This document shows positions 52,481 to 64,000 of a DNA stretch of 64,000 nt, one piece after another. The notes under the pieces are model-generated. The model made no database searches. It worked only from the letters and a program-made list of their open reading frames with translations, and was not told the origin of the DNA. The DNA comes from Tubulanus polymorphus (lineage: Eukaryota > Animalia > Nemertea). The position numbers and the translations under genes are program-made. Within the stretch, counting starts at the first letter, position 1, and each line of letters begins with the position of its first letter. The stretch is taken from positions 6,242,778 through 6,306,777 of the forward strand of contig NC_134030.1 in assembly GCF_964204645.1 (NCBI RefSeq), read 5' to 3'.

Positions 52481-53418
52481 AGAATTTAGAGTTGGTGTTG
52501 GTGTATGATTCTGGTGCCAAGGGGGATATATTGGAGCTGGCGATCACCTCTCACCAGGGCGTTTGTCGATCAATGGCCCCACGCCCTCTCACCAGACCGC
52601 GACCCAGTCGCTGTAGAATTTACTGGAGCAGGAAATTAAAATAGTGACATTCTGAAAAAGTAATCTTGTGCCGCACTGATTTCGTGCTACATCTATAATA
52701 TCACTGACTCCCCACTGCGTTGAACACGGCAAAATTGATTTCGAATTCGGACACCTTGCGCAGTGAAAATAATTGGCGAACACCATAATCACAACGCAAG
52801 ACGTGCAAATTAGAGTTAATCAAACGATGATTATGAGTAATTTAGAGTTATTATCGACAATGAATTAATTAGTCTATAGCGTGAGTTGCTTATAAAAGCT
52901 GCGGGTTTCTAATCAATGAATAGGCGCCACTCTACGTTTATTCAGAGATGAAAACATCATAAACGGGCGGACGCTGCTTGGAGTATGCTGCCGAATTCAC
53001 ATGTGTCTAAAGTCACCTCTTCACTTCTATCCAGTTCATCACAGTCATAGTTTCATTTACTTCAATACGAAGTGCCGGTGTCCGACATTTACTTTAATCG
53101 TCCATCTTTCTAATACATCGATAAGTTATTCCGTAAAATATGTATTGAATGTATTGGATGCAAAGTGGCATCTCAAATCTTCGTCATTTTTTATGATTTC
53201 TGCTACCATTATTGTTGGTTTTGAACTCAAAGGGTGCATCTCTTGTTGATTTATTTGGTTAATACACAACATTTCGAGCGTTTCATCGAGATTTTCATCG
53301 AGCGTTTTTTAACTCATCGTTTTATATTTGGCTCATCGATCAAAAGGTCCTGTTAAATTACGCTTTTTGTCGGATGTGTGATTTTCTTATATAGAATCGA
53401 CATTTCACGGATTCGATC

Positions 53419-54420
53419 ATGGTTGTATTAGCACCGAATGTATCTTCCGACGTTCATTGGGAGGTGCCTTACTGGGGTACGTTCTACGAGGTATATCCCC
53501 GCAATCCGCACAGTAAATCGCACGAATGGGCGCTGAAAGTCGCTATACCAGTCGTATGTATATTCGGATACGTCGGAAACACGATGAGTTTTATCGTTAT
53601 GTGTCGCAGACGAATGAGACGTCAGTCGTATGCCGCCTATTTGATGGCACTATCGATTGCCGACAACGTATCTTTGTCCGGATTCTTTTTAGCCTGGGTG
53701 AACACGATGTGTCTGATGTGGACTGGAGATTTATGCGTACAGCGTCGCAGCACCACGTCGTGTAAACTGGTCGAATACGTCATACACGCGCTACAGTGTC
53801 AAAGTTCGTTTTTGGTCATCGCAGTTTCGGCCGAACGTCTGGCGGTGGTGCGTTTCCCATTGATCGCTCCTCAGCTATGCACCCCAAAGACGGCGAGATG
53901 TATCATTTTTGTGTTGACTTTAGTCGTATTGGCTATGACCGCGCATATCGTTATCAACGTGCACTACGACTCCGACTTCGGCTGTTACATGGAACTGTGG
54001 GCTTTCGAGATTTATGCGTCGTGGGGTCTCAGCTATCTGGTTGATATTCCATTAGTAGCAGTATTTCTTATCAACATCGGAATTGTTTTTACATTGTGGC
54101 GCTCGCGTGGCTTCGGAGCCAGCGATTCGAAAACGGTAAAAACCCAAAAAGTCACCCGTACGATTCTTTCCATATCGATAGCGTTTATTGTATTGAATGT
54201 CCCTGTGCGGACAGTAGCGGCGTTAACGGCTGTCGACCCAAGTTCCGAAGCACTAATCGCCCCACTCAACGCATCGCAGATGACCTTAATGGCAAATTAC
54301 GCTGTTAACTTTTACCTGTACGTTATCACTGGAAATGATGTAAGACAAGTTGTCAGAAGCATGTTCTGTTCGTCTTCGTGCACTTTTGGAAAGACCAAAA
54401 GCTCTAGCACGGATAATTGA
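53419..54420 (+). CDS. Intronless rhodopsin-class (class A) GPCR, FMRFamide/sex-peptide-receptor-like orphan
   Basis: 333-aa ORF with seven hydrophobic segments; TM1 GYVGN, TM2 YLMALSIAD, extracellular Cys (SCK), SAERLAVVRFPL at the DRY position, TM6 LNVP, TM7 NYAVNFYLY. Confidence 0.9.
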   Translation: MVVLAPNVSSDVHWEVPYWGTFYEVYPRNPHSKSHEWALKVAIPVVCIFGYVGNTMSFIVMCRRRMRRQSYAAYLMALSIADNVSLSGFFLAWVNTMCLMWTGDLCVQRRSTTSCKLVEYVIHALQCQSSFLVIAVSAERLAVVRFPLIAPQLCTPKTARCIIFVLTLVVLAMTAHIVINVHYDSDFGCYMELWAFEIYASWGLSYLVDIPLVAVFLINIGIVFTLWRSRGFGASDSKTVKTQKVTRTILSISIAFIVLNVPVRTVAALTAVDPSSEALIAPLNASQMTLMANYAVNFYLYVITGNDVRQVVRSMFCSSSCTFGKTKSSSTDN

Positions 54421-54704
54421 GACGAAATTTCTTCGGTACTCTCGCAAGACCAGGCTTATGGAAGATGGCGTCTTAAATAATAACATAAATACACAAAATA
54501 ATCTTGACACGAATCTATATTTATTTCATCCGAAACAAAAACTTTTCATCCGAAACAAAAACAGAGCAGCAGAGAAATCTTTTTGCCGCGCTTGGACACG
54601 CTGGTGTACGGTTCAGATGGTAAAATTAGATCTTGTACATTAAAAACCATTAACGGCGTGACAAACCGTCAAATTGATAATATAAATTGTGTCTACTTGA
54701 AGTA

Positions 54705-54884
54705 CAGTCAGCCCCCGATATACCACGCACATCGGTGCAGAAGGATTTTGGTGGTATAGAGTGTATGGCAGTTAATCGGGGGTGTTTTACTATATGTATT
54801 TATATAGAGATGTGCAGTGAGAAAACCTGGCGGTAGGCCGCGGGGGTGCCGGTATTTGGGATGGCCGCGGTAGGAGGTTGACTG
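54705..54884. mobile_element. Tc1/mariner(pogo)-type MITE
   Basis: TA|CAGTCAGCCCCC ... GGAGGTTGACTG|TA. Confidence 0.75.
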
Positions 54885-55544
54885 TATTTTAAGTCGTCAC
54901 GATCGCCCGGCATGTGTAACACGCGGAACGGTCTACAAACTTCAATGAAAACTCTCTGCTACCCCCTTCCTCTACTCCCACCATTCCCCTCCAACCCCCT
55001 GAATCCGGGGAATTCCTCGAGCACGTAATCTGGCATTTTCTATATTTGTTGTATGAAAATAAATATGATTCACGTTAAAACCTTTCAATCGTTTCATGGT
55101 TTTTAGCAAAAAGGTTGATTCAAATGAAGCCCTTTGGGCTTGGCTCTGCTTTGTTTTCATCGTTTTTTCTACCATGAGTTTTCTTCGAATAGATAACATT
55201 GACTTTTATCACTTGTGGTGACTCTTTCTCATATTCGATAAGTTTGAATTGGTCAGTGGTGGTCAGTAATAAGTATGAACTTATTAAAGAAATTTGAATA
55301 GAACAGCGATCAGTGGCTGAACTCATCATACCCCCGGCGCGCAATTTAAAATGACTGATATATTATGGCTGCTGACCTAGCTTTATCTCCCGATAGCTGT
55401 CATCATAAAGCAATTCTGTAGTTTAAGTAGCAATAAAAAGCGATAAATATCTCAGAAATAATAGATCCCCGAAAAGTGGATGTATTAGGATCGTAATATC
55501 GGCATGTCACTCTTAGTGTACGATCGACAGTCCTGTGTCTCCTT

Positions 55545-56030
55545 CTAATGTCTATTTCAACCTGACTTGAGAGCATTCCGGGTGGCCTAGCTCGCTCATT
55601 TTTGGTAGTACATACCTGATAAAGGTCTTTGTAGGACCAGACAGGACTGGCAGTCGACCTAAATCATCATTTTTTAATCCATTTGAAACCGTTTGAAGGA
55701 TATCCAAAAAGACTTCACTGAAAGGGGTTAAATGAAGAGAAGTGACTCCATGATTTGAAAGTTTAACAATATTTTTTCATGCCTACACACCAAACTTCAG
55801 TGTATGCATGGAAACATATTGTTAAACTTTCAAATCATGGAGTCTATTTTCTCTCATGGACCCCTTTCAATAAAGACTTTTTGGATATCCTTCAATACAG
55901 TTTCAAATGGATTAAAAAACGATGTTTAAGGTCGACTGTCTGGTCATACTTAGACCTTTATCAGGTATGTACTACCAAAAATGAGCGAGCTAGGCCACCC
56001 GGAATGTTCTCAAGTCAGTTGAGACATTAG
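55545..56030. repeat. ~485-bp foldback palindrome (MITE-like)
   Basis: Arms of ~235 bp around an ~11-nt spacer at ~55788-55798. CATTCCGGGTGGCCTAGCTCGCTCATTTTTGGTAGTACATACCTGATAAAGGTCT is an exact reverse complement of a tract in the right arm. Confidence 0.95.
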
Positions 56031-56380
56031 CACGGGTTGCATTTGTGAGAGATCTTTCTCTCTACTATATAAAATTATCAGGCTTCTTCGTGCACCTGGT
56101 CGAGTGCATCCACCATTGATAAATGTTGTAAATGTTGTGAGTGGAAAAACATTTTTTGATTAGTTGTGTTTTGTATGGTCTAAGCTTTCAGCACAATAAT
56201 CAATTAAACTTAATTTAATTTTTTTGCAACAGGCCAATTTCCATATCCGGATTTTAGCAATTCAACATGTATTACAGCGACAGATGAACATATTTGTTTT
56301 GCTGTGAAATTGAAAAAAAAATATTTTCATGTCGTGAAAATGATGTTTCAGCCCCAGTAAAACCGAAATCTACGATATTT

Positions 56381-59300
56381 ATGATGTTTTCCCTGTTTTG
56401 CCGTTGTCAGTCAATACGCACAATAGATTCTATCCAGCGAATCGTCTCATATCGTTACTTTCCCGGGCAAAAACTCGTCACTTCTACATTTACTACTACT
56501 ACAACAGCAACACGAACTGGTAGTGGTACCTCATCAAATCCTGTTGCCTCGCTGCCAGTTGTTGTCGATGTTTGTAGGAATTTCTACAGCACCAGTAAGT
56601 GTAGTTACATGTGAATGGAGCTATTGATATTTCCAAAAACCCTGCCTCTCTTATGTGTAATAAAAGTTTTAATTTTAGATTGAAAAACAAAGTTTGTTAG
56701 TATTTTGTGATGTCACAGTGTGTGGAGCCAGCGGCCATTATCTTTTTAAACGCATCAATAGCAAGACGTTTTTTCTTGGATTTATTGCAGAATAACCACT
56801 CAAAACACAAATACACTATCAAAAACCCCAGGAACTGTATCCCAAGCCCATCGGCGAGTGCCTGTGGACTGTGTGCCTTCCCGGACCCCCTGTCCCTGCG
56901 ATCATCGATTAGGGGAAAATTGGCCCAAATTCATGACCATAAAATACTGTTATTTTTTAAACTTATAGGTTCAGGTGATAGTCCAAGTATCATTTGAAAT
57001 TACTCTTTATCCAGAAATTTAGTTGGATTGATTTCGTAAGGAACTTGGCATTTAGGGATTTATTGAGCCACATACTTGATTTGTGAATGATTTTAGTGAT
57101 CTTATGTCATTTCAGCATCTAAATCAGTATCCACAACCGGTGGAGGCAGGCAGTCTTTTTCATTTCAACAAATCTATCGTAATCGTAAAGCCGAAGCACG
57201 GTGTAGCGTTCTGATCCAGGTTGCCAATAAACTCAGCTGTAATGAGTTGTATAGAATTTGTCAGAATGTTGGCACCATTAAAAAGATGTATTACGGTTCA
57301 AACAGAAAGGTTAGTTCAGCGCTCCTGTTCTGGTTACTTAGCACTCGAATTAAGCTTCTATGGTGAAAAGCAACCCTTGGGCTGAGTTTCATGGAAAGGA
57401 TTAACTTTAATTTAGAAATCAACAAAATCTAGGGAGAAATTCAATCAAGCTCAAGTGGCTTTCATATTATTCATTAAATATTTTTTTGAAATGTATGAAC
57501 AATTTTATAGTATCTGTGGTTGAAGATCCTATTTATAGATTGAATACTTGTAACGATAGTATTTTCTTTTTAGGATTATGTTCTGGTTGAATTCAACGAT
57601 GAATCATCAGTTGAAACTCTCCTCTCTCAAGCCACACATTTCCCGGACACGGCTAAAGTACCGTGTAGAACTAGAATGTTATATTTCGGTCGGCCGAAAA
57701 TTGATAATCATTCGACCTTATCAGTTACGGCTCCTGTTGAATTTGAAGCGAATAAAGGGTGTGACATGACAGCTTTACAACATGCAACATCGGTTAGTAC
57801 GGAACATTCCTTCCTGCTCTAAAATACATCTATTGCAGGAAAGTATCTGAATTTCAGCACTGTTAAAAACATGCTTCCTATCAATAGGTTTCACTGATGT
57901 AGGTTGAATTAAATTCAATATGGTTTTCATGGTTTCTTTTTAGGTAACCGGACAAATCAATTTATATTATCAATCGGAGAGACAGACAGAGATGGGAACG
58001 AGGTTGAGATATTTTCTGTGCACGCTATTAGAGGATGCATTTCGAGGATTATTCCCGGGTGTTGAGGTTTTTCCTTTTGGTTCATCGGCGAGCGGCTTGG
58101 CTCGACATAACAGCGATCTGGATATCATACTGAGTTTAGGACAGCAGAATTCAAATGCTAAAGTTAGTATAAATACCAGTCCTGAATCGCCAATTCATGC
58201 AGGTATCATCATACTGGAGCCTGGGACCATCCCATTGGACTTTCATGTAGTTTGAAATGTGCTGATGAGATATGAATTTCAACCTCAAGAAAACCTGTCA
58301 ATCTTTAGGATTGATCAGGCTTTAAGAAATGATACCTTGTTTCTCTGAATCAGACGTGCGGCCTGATCATTTTGTAAACTGCAATAAAATTTGTAATCAG
58401 TTCATATCTATAGCTGCCTGATATGGTTAGCTTGATAATGATTTATAAAAATCAATGTACAGGCTTATATAGGTGGCCGGGTCAGCGTTTAAGCTCAGCA
58501 GAAATGAGAAACAAGGTATCAATTCGATAACGTAATCACAGTACGTAATTACAGTAGATCAAACATCGAACTCATTTTTCAGGCTGATTCAAATCTTCGT
58601 TTCATGACGCGTAAACTCCACCCCGACGAGAATCATAATAAACAGTTCACAAAACGAACATTAGACGTGATCGCGAACACGTTGGATTTATTTCTACCGC
58701 AGTACGAGCAAGTACAAAGTATCCTGAATGCTCGAGTGCCGATCGTTAATTTCAAACACGACGCAACGAATATCACCTGCGATTTGTCACTTAATAACAG
58801 GTAAGTATCAATTGTTTATTCACCGAGAAGAATTGAAACATCACTACAGTAGACTCAGCTTGAGTCGGATCCGATTAACTCTGATCCAGGAAACTTCAGG
58901 TAGTCATAAAAATCAAGGGTAAACTTAGGGAATTTGACTAAATTTACAAAAATCCTGGATTACTCAGGGAATTTTGATGTGATTGACTACGGGTTTCTTT
59001 ATCTGCGTGATTCATAATGAATGGTTCATTCCAAAGCAAGAAGTGGCCATCTTGGGATAACCGTTCAACTAGTTGAAATATTTTTTTTCACAGGGTGGCC
59101 ACTGACCTGGAAAACTCAGGGAATTTGGATAATACTATTGACCACGTGTTTTTTTATCGTACATGTTTCAATGGAAAGTGAATAAATTGTGATGTATTAA
59201 AACCCAGGTATTTCGCTGATTCACTCAGGGTATTTTGTGTAATCACATTGAAAAATCAGGGAAAACTCAGGGGATTTGTAAATGGCCACCTTGTGTGACA

Positions 59301-60620
59301 CCAAGATATCCAACTTGGATACAGACACATTTTTAAGTCCCAAAAAGTCCAACTTGAGTGGAGTCTACTGTATTCATTTTAGCTGAAATGTTGTTGTACT
59401 TTGATTTCATGTACCCATGTATAAAATTCGTTCTGCATTTTTGTTTTATTTAACAGATCGGGAATACTGATGTCCGAAGTTTTGTTTACGTTGTGTCAGT
59501 TGGATTCTCGATTTCGTTCGCTGTTGTTCATACTCAGAAAATGGGCGAGCAACAAAGGGTTAACGTTGACTCGTCCGGGGCCGCGGTTTTCAAACTTTAT
59601 GCTCGGATGTTTAGTGATACACTTTCTACAAACTCGACCGGTTCCGATTCTCCCTCCTTTAAACCGCATCATATCTAAAGGTAAATAAAAATTTTGGGGA
59701 GACTGAGCAGATCCAGACGGGAGCACAAGGAGCAATGTTGTCCCGTCGCAAGTTTACCATGCCCTTTTGAAAATATTATGGCAATATATTTCGAAGAACT
59801 TTTTCCTCCTACAACTGATAAGACAGCAGTCTGCAGCGCAAGATTTAGATGATATTCCCATAATGTCCCTCAAGTGCCTAGAAATTGTGTGAAAATGCGC
59901 TGATGTTTCAAAATTTTCTAGATCCTTGTTTTGGCTGCGTGGATACTCACTTAACTTGCCTTTTTCGGTATATATGCCCTTTTCATTTCTTCGTGCTCCT
60001 GTCAATCTGCCCCCGGATCCACCCCTGGTAGTGGTTTCTATTTAGTAGTGCTTGATTTCATGATATATATATATTCATTTATTTACATGTAGATAATGAG
60101 ATTTTGACTGAATATTGGACTCTACCGAAATCTGAGAATCAAGAGGATTTAGGTGAGAAATCTTTCTATTTCCGACCTATTCAATAGTTGGTCTGCTTAG
60201 ACAAGAGAATTGCTGTCACTTTTTCCAAATGCATTATTACTTTTTCTTTCAGGTGAACTTCTGCTCGGATTTTACGAGTATTTTGCGAACTTTCCGTTTC
60301 ACAATCAAGCGATCTCGCTACTCGATGGCGTGAAAACGTTCAAACAGGAGCGAACATTTCAAGGAGACATGTTCGTGGAGAATCCACTGGACTCTAGTCA
60401 TAACGTCACTCAGAACGTTCGTTTAAAGGAATTACAATATTTAAAAGCGTGTTTGAACACGGCCTATCAACAGTTAGGAAATACCTGGGAATGTAGCGAT
60501 CACCCGTGGGGTATAATACCGTTGTTACAACAAGAGTTTTTTGTTAAAGACATCCATCTCGGAGTCCGGGCAAAAGACTTGTTCGCGACCATGCGAAATA
60601 AACTCGAAGATTCGTTATGA
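56381..60620 (+). CDS. MTPAP: Mitochondrial poly(A) polymerase (PAPD1), ~8 exons
   Basis: Exons approx. 56381-56594, 57116-57309, 57574-57792, 57944-58162, 58583-58800, 59457-59680, 60093-60152, 60253-60620. RL-domain RKAEARCSVLIQ; nucleotidyltransferase FPFGSSASGLARHNSDLD; ILNARVPIV; CDLSLNN; PGPRFSNFML; VENPLDSSHNV; PWGI. The start exon is less certain. Confidence 0.88.
58317..58521. mobile_element. MITE family with AGGC..GATACCTTGTTTCTC TIRs, copy 1
   Basis: GATACCTTGTTTCTC ... GAGAAACAAGGTATC inverted pair; second copy at ~60813-61001. Confidence 0.65.
58847..59370. mobile_element. Tc1/mariner(pogo)-type MITE carrying nested CAGGGTGGCCAC elements
   Basis: TA|CAGTAGACTC ... GAGTCTACTG|TA; interior holds CAGGGTGGCCAC...TGGCCACCTTG (59091-59293) and a related partial copy (~58890-59053). 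Confidence 0.8.
59703..60027 (-). mobile_element. CAGGGG(C/T)GGATCC-family MITE in MTPAP intron
   Basis: The reverse complement begins CAGGGGTGGATCCGGGGGCAGATTGACAGGAGCACGAAGAAATGAAAAGGGCATATA, matching the repeats at 1385 and 3437; the other end is CTGGATCTGCTCAG. Confidence 0.8.
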
Positions 60621-60812
60621 TCAGAAATGACTGTGTCTAGATTTATATGAAATTATGAATAAAAACATTGATATGAGTTCAGTTGGTTCCTCAGTTTCCT
60701 TCCTTCCTTCCTTTTTGCAGTCACGTCACACGAACACCTCAAATGAATTGATCAATGAAATCATCTGAATTATTCGCCCTCCATCCTGAATTCCTCATCC
60801 TTAGAATATTTA

Positions 60813-61001
60813 AGGCTTAAAAAATAGATACCTTGTTTCTCATCTCTGCTGAGCTTTAAAGTTGACCCAGCTGACCCTGTACATAACTTGCCCATAACAG
60901 ACCCTGCAGCTATTAGAAATGAACTAATTACAAATTTTATCGCAGTTTTACAAATATGACCCAGCCGATTAGGAGAAACGAGGTATCATTCTTTTTAGCC
61001 T
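60813..61001. mobile_element. MITE family with AGGC..GATACCTTGTTTCTC TIRs, copy 2
   Basis: AGGCTTAAAAAATAGATACCTTGTTTCTC ... GAGAAACGAGGTATCATTCTTTTTAGCCT. Confidence 0.7.
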
Positions 61002-61484
61002 GCCTAAAGATTCATCTTTCAGCGCTTAAACTCTGTGATATTAACACACTTTTATTTAGCTTCAAAATTACAGAATAAATCAAAATTTAGTTGAGCAATC
61101 GTGATAGTAATACTTTATAATCTATTACACACAAGTCTTATTTAGCTTTAATTCAAGTGAACATTATTGTGAACCTAATACAATGTATCTGAAAACATTT
61201 TGGCACTTGAGGTTTTTGATACATGTAGTTACTAAAAGTAACGCAAGAGAAGTTGTAGAAAATAAATCCATTGTTAGATCAGAATACAAAATTAATAAGT
61301 CTTGGTTAAAAGAATTGCAAACATGAATTTGTCATGGATACAATATCTGTCATGAAAACCTAGCCCTCATCCGAGCATCGCAATTTATCCTGATGTGCAG
61401 TTCAATGTGAATTGCCATTCAAAGCAGTAAGTTGTAATAAGCGGTAATGGATTTTAATGGACTGAATTTCCAGATTTATCTGTA

Positions 61485-61810
61485 ATTATTGCAAGGTGTG
61501 AATTATGCACATAAAATTCATCAGACAGACATGTATAAATTGAGATACAAGATAGGCTATTTGACATTCAGTGTTTTAGTGGAGGAATGTTTCTTAAATA
61601 AGGTGTGAATTATTGCAAGGTGTGAATTATGCACATAACGATCGGAGTCCGGGCAAAAGACTTGTTCGCGACCATGCGAAATAAACTCGAAGATTATTGC
61701 AAGGTGTGAATTATGCACATAAAATTCATCAGACAGACATGTATAAATTGAGATACAAGATAGGCTATTTGACATTCAGTGTTTTAGTGGAGGAATGTTT
61801 CTTAAATAAG
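61485..61810 (+). repeat. 118-bp direct duplication with templated insert
   Basis: 61485-61602 matches 61693-61810; the spacer contains partial re-copies of the arm and a copy of MTPAP exon sequence 60559-60612. Confidence 0.95.
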
Positions 61811-62286
61811 AGAAAATAAACTTCGAGTTCAAATAGACAACGATCGATGACAGAGGGAAGGAATTCTTGTCTTAAACCCACACCAGCTTTAATGAGCAAA
61901 ATCCATAATAATGTTTAAATGACAAATGCGTCATTGACAAGACAGAAAAAACATTGAACACAGCACAGCAAAATTTGTGTATGAAATAAATTGAAAAAAA
62001 AATAAAATGAAATTTTTATAAGACTGGAAGATATGATTTTTTCAGACTTTATTACAAAAAACCAAAGTTTGAATTTTTCAAATTCTTTTAAAAAGCACAT
62101 TTTGATATTGTTAGCACATGATAGTGTATTCCTCAATTCTTAACCTATGATATGAAGATCTTTAGCGCAATCTAGGCTAATCATATTTTTATCTTTACTA
62201 ATCTCTTAATATAAGATTAAGCATAAGTGAAGATTGACGTCATCCCAAATACTAAAGGGAGACTTGTGCAAACTTGTACGGGGTAC

Positions 62287-63960
62287 TTAAGAATTTTTCT
62301 GAGGGATCTTAATAGTGACGCATTTAACCTCGGAATACGCTTCCAAGCCGTATTCTCCGAGTTCACGACCCATACCGGACATCTTATACCCACCGAATGG
62401 TGCAGCTGCATCGAACGCGTCGAAGCAGTTGACCCAAACGGTACCAGCGCGCAGGTTATTCGCCAGGTGCAACGCGTGGTCGAGGTTTTTCGTTTGCACC
62501 GCTGCCGCCAGACCGTAGATCGTTTTGCCGGCGCGTTCGATCAATTCGTCCATCGTTTTGAACTTGATCAGTTGTTGAACGGGTCCGAAAATCTCTTCTT
62601 TCGCGATCGTCATTTCGTCTGTGACGTCCGCGAACACGGTCGGCTGCACGTAGAAACCTTTATCGCCCATTCGTTCGCCGCCGACGAGAAGCTTCGCGCC
62701 CTCTTTCTTTCCGGTGCCGATCAGCGCTAGGATCTTGTCCATCTGCTCGCCGTCGACTTGCGGGCCTTGTTCGTTAGTCTCGATGAACGGGTCGCCGACC
62801 GAGCGTTTCTTTGCGCGTTCCACGCTCGCCTCGACGAACTGATCGTAGATATCCGCGTGAACGAACGTACGAGACCCGGCGCAGCAGCATTGACCTTGAT
62901 TGAAGAACAGCGCGAAATGACTCGTCTCCACGGCTTCGGCGATGTCCACGTCGTTCAAGATGATGTTCGGGCTTTTGCCGCCGAGTTCCAAAGTCATCCT
63001 TTTCAGGTTTGACTCGGCAGCCATCTTGGCGACGAGCTGACCGACTTCAGTAGAACCTGAAATCATAGATGCGTTAGTTTTAAAACTCGATTAACAACAA
63101 TTAGAATTATGGGATCATACCTTGTTATGGTTTTAGATTCAGACTAGTGAGATGTGTTTACCTGTAAAAGCTACTTTGTCAAGATTCATGTGTGAAGCGA
63201 TTGCGGCTCCAGCAGTTGGTCCATATCCCGGTATGATGTTAATGACACCAGGGGGAAACCCAGCTTCAGCTGTCAAGGCCGCGACGTGGTTCGCGCTAAG
63301 AGGGGTTTGTTCGGCCGTTTTCATCACCAATGTATTACCCATCGCCAGCGCTGGACCAAGTTTCCATGCTTGCATCAGCAACGGGAAATTCCACGGAATA
63401 ATCTGTCCGCAAACGCCGACCGGCTCGTGTCGAGTGTAGGTGAAGAAATCGCCGCGAACTGGAATCGTTTTACCGTGATTCTTATCGGCCCAACCCGCGT
63501 AGTATCGGTAGACTTGGATCGACAGTTGCAAGTCGGCGGCCTTCGCTACGGCGTAGGGTTTACCATTGTCGAGCGTCTCCAATGCGGCAAGATGCTCCAA
63601 ATCTCGCTCCATCAGATCGGCGAGCTTGTGCAAAAGTCGACCGCGATCTGCAGCGTCCATTCGTCTCCACGGCGATCCCAGACGGAATGCTTCGTTGGCC
63701 GCTTTGACGGCGATGTCGACGTCGGCTTTGTCGCCCTCGGCAATTTCGCAGATTTTTTCACCAGTCGACGGGTTTATCGTCGGAAATGTTTTGCCGCTGA
63801 CAGCATCGACCCATTCATTGTTGATGAATAGTTTAGTGTACTCGACCGGGACGGTATCGTGGGATGGTGCAGCAGCTGCCTTCGTTGACATGGTGGCGAT
63901 GGCATGTTTGCGCAGTGGGGCGAGTCGGCTGCTTGCGGATAGGAAACGAGACAGAGACAT
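62287..63960 (-). CDS. ALDH2: Aldehyde dehydrogenase, mitochondrial (ALDH1/2 family), 2 exons
   Basis: Exons 63960-63162 and 63056-62287. Presequence [18 protein letters not shown]; [25 protein letters not shown] (catalytic Glu), [13 protein letters not shown] (catalytic Cys), EEIFGP, C-terminal KIPQKNS. Confidence 0.95.
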
Positions 63961-64000
63961 CTTTTTGGTAGAATTTACTGCTGAGCGTAGAGTAGGCCTA

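Noticed and set aside
62227-63831. Long plus-strand ORFs (167 and 181 aa) antisense to ALDH2
   Set aside because: Expected shadow ORFs of a GC-rich coding sequence; no independent motif.

Overview
AT-rich, intron-rich eukaryotic DNA from a compact, gene-dense animal genome. It looks like an invertebrate bilaterian, possibly lophotrochozoan (inferred from gene structure, repeats and GPCR type; the species cannot be determined). I spliced 11 protein-coding genes by hand: LMBR1 (+), ZNHIT2 (+), a calmodulin-like EF-hand protein (-), mitochondrial SHMT (+), MRPL32 (-) head-to-head with PSMA2 (+), ORC2 (+), KLHL18 (-), an intronless rhodopsin-class GPCR (+), MTPAP (+) and ALDH2 (-). Introns and intergenic DNA hold many MITEs, some nested, and LINE 3' fragments. 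Most notable observations: (i) two independent tandem duplications, each with a ~55-nt copy of a nearby exon inserted between the duplicated arms; (ii) a region with no recognisable protein gene (44.1-53.4 kb) containing a tandem array of acceptor-exon-donor cassettes that looks like a spliced non-coding gene; (iii) an AT-hook, peptide repeats and a microexon in a long ORC2 N-terminus; (iv) a U12-type intron in LMBR1; (v) a 117-bp ATG-to-ATG MRPL32/PSMA2 bidirectional promoter; (vi) a ~485-bp foldback palindrome upstream of MTPAP; (vii) decayed minimal hammerhead motifs in introns. No rRNA, tRNA or CRISPR array was seen. I found no new protein-based system that the sequence alone can prove. 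All exon boundaries and identities were read by eye.
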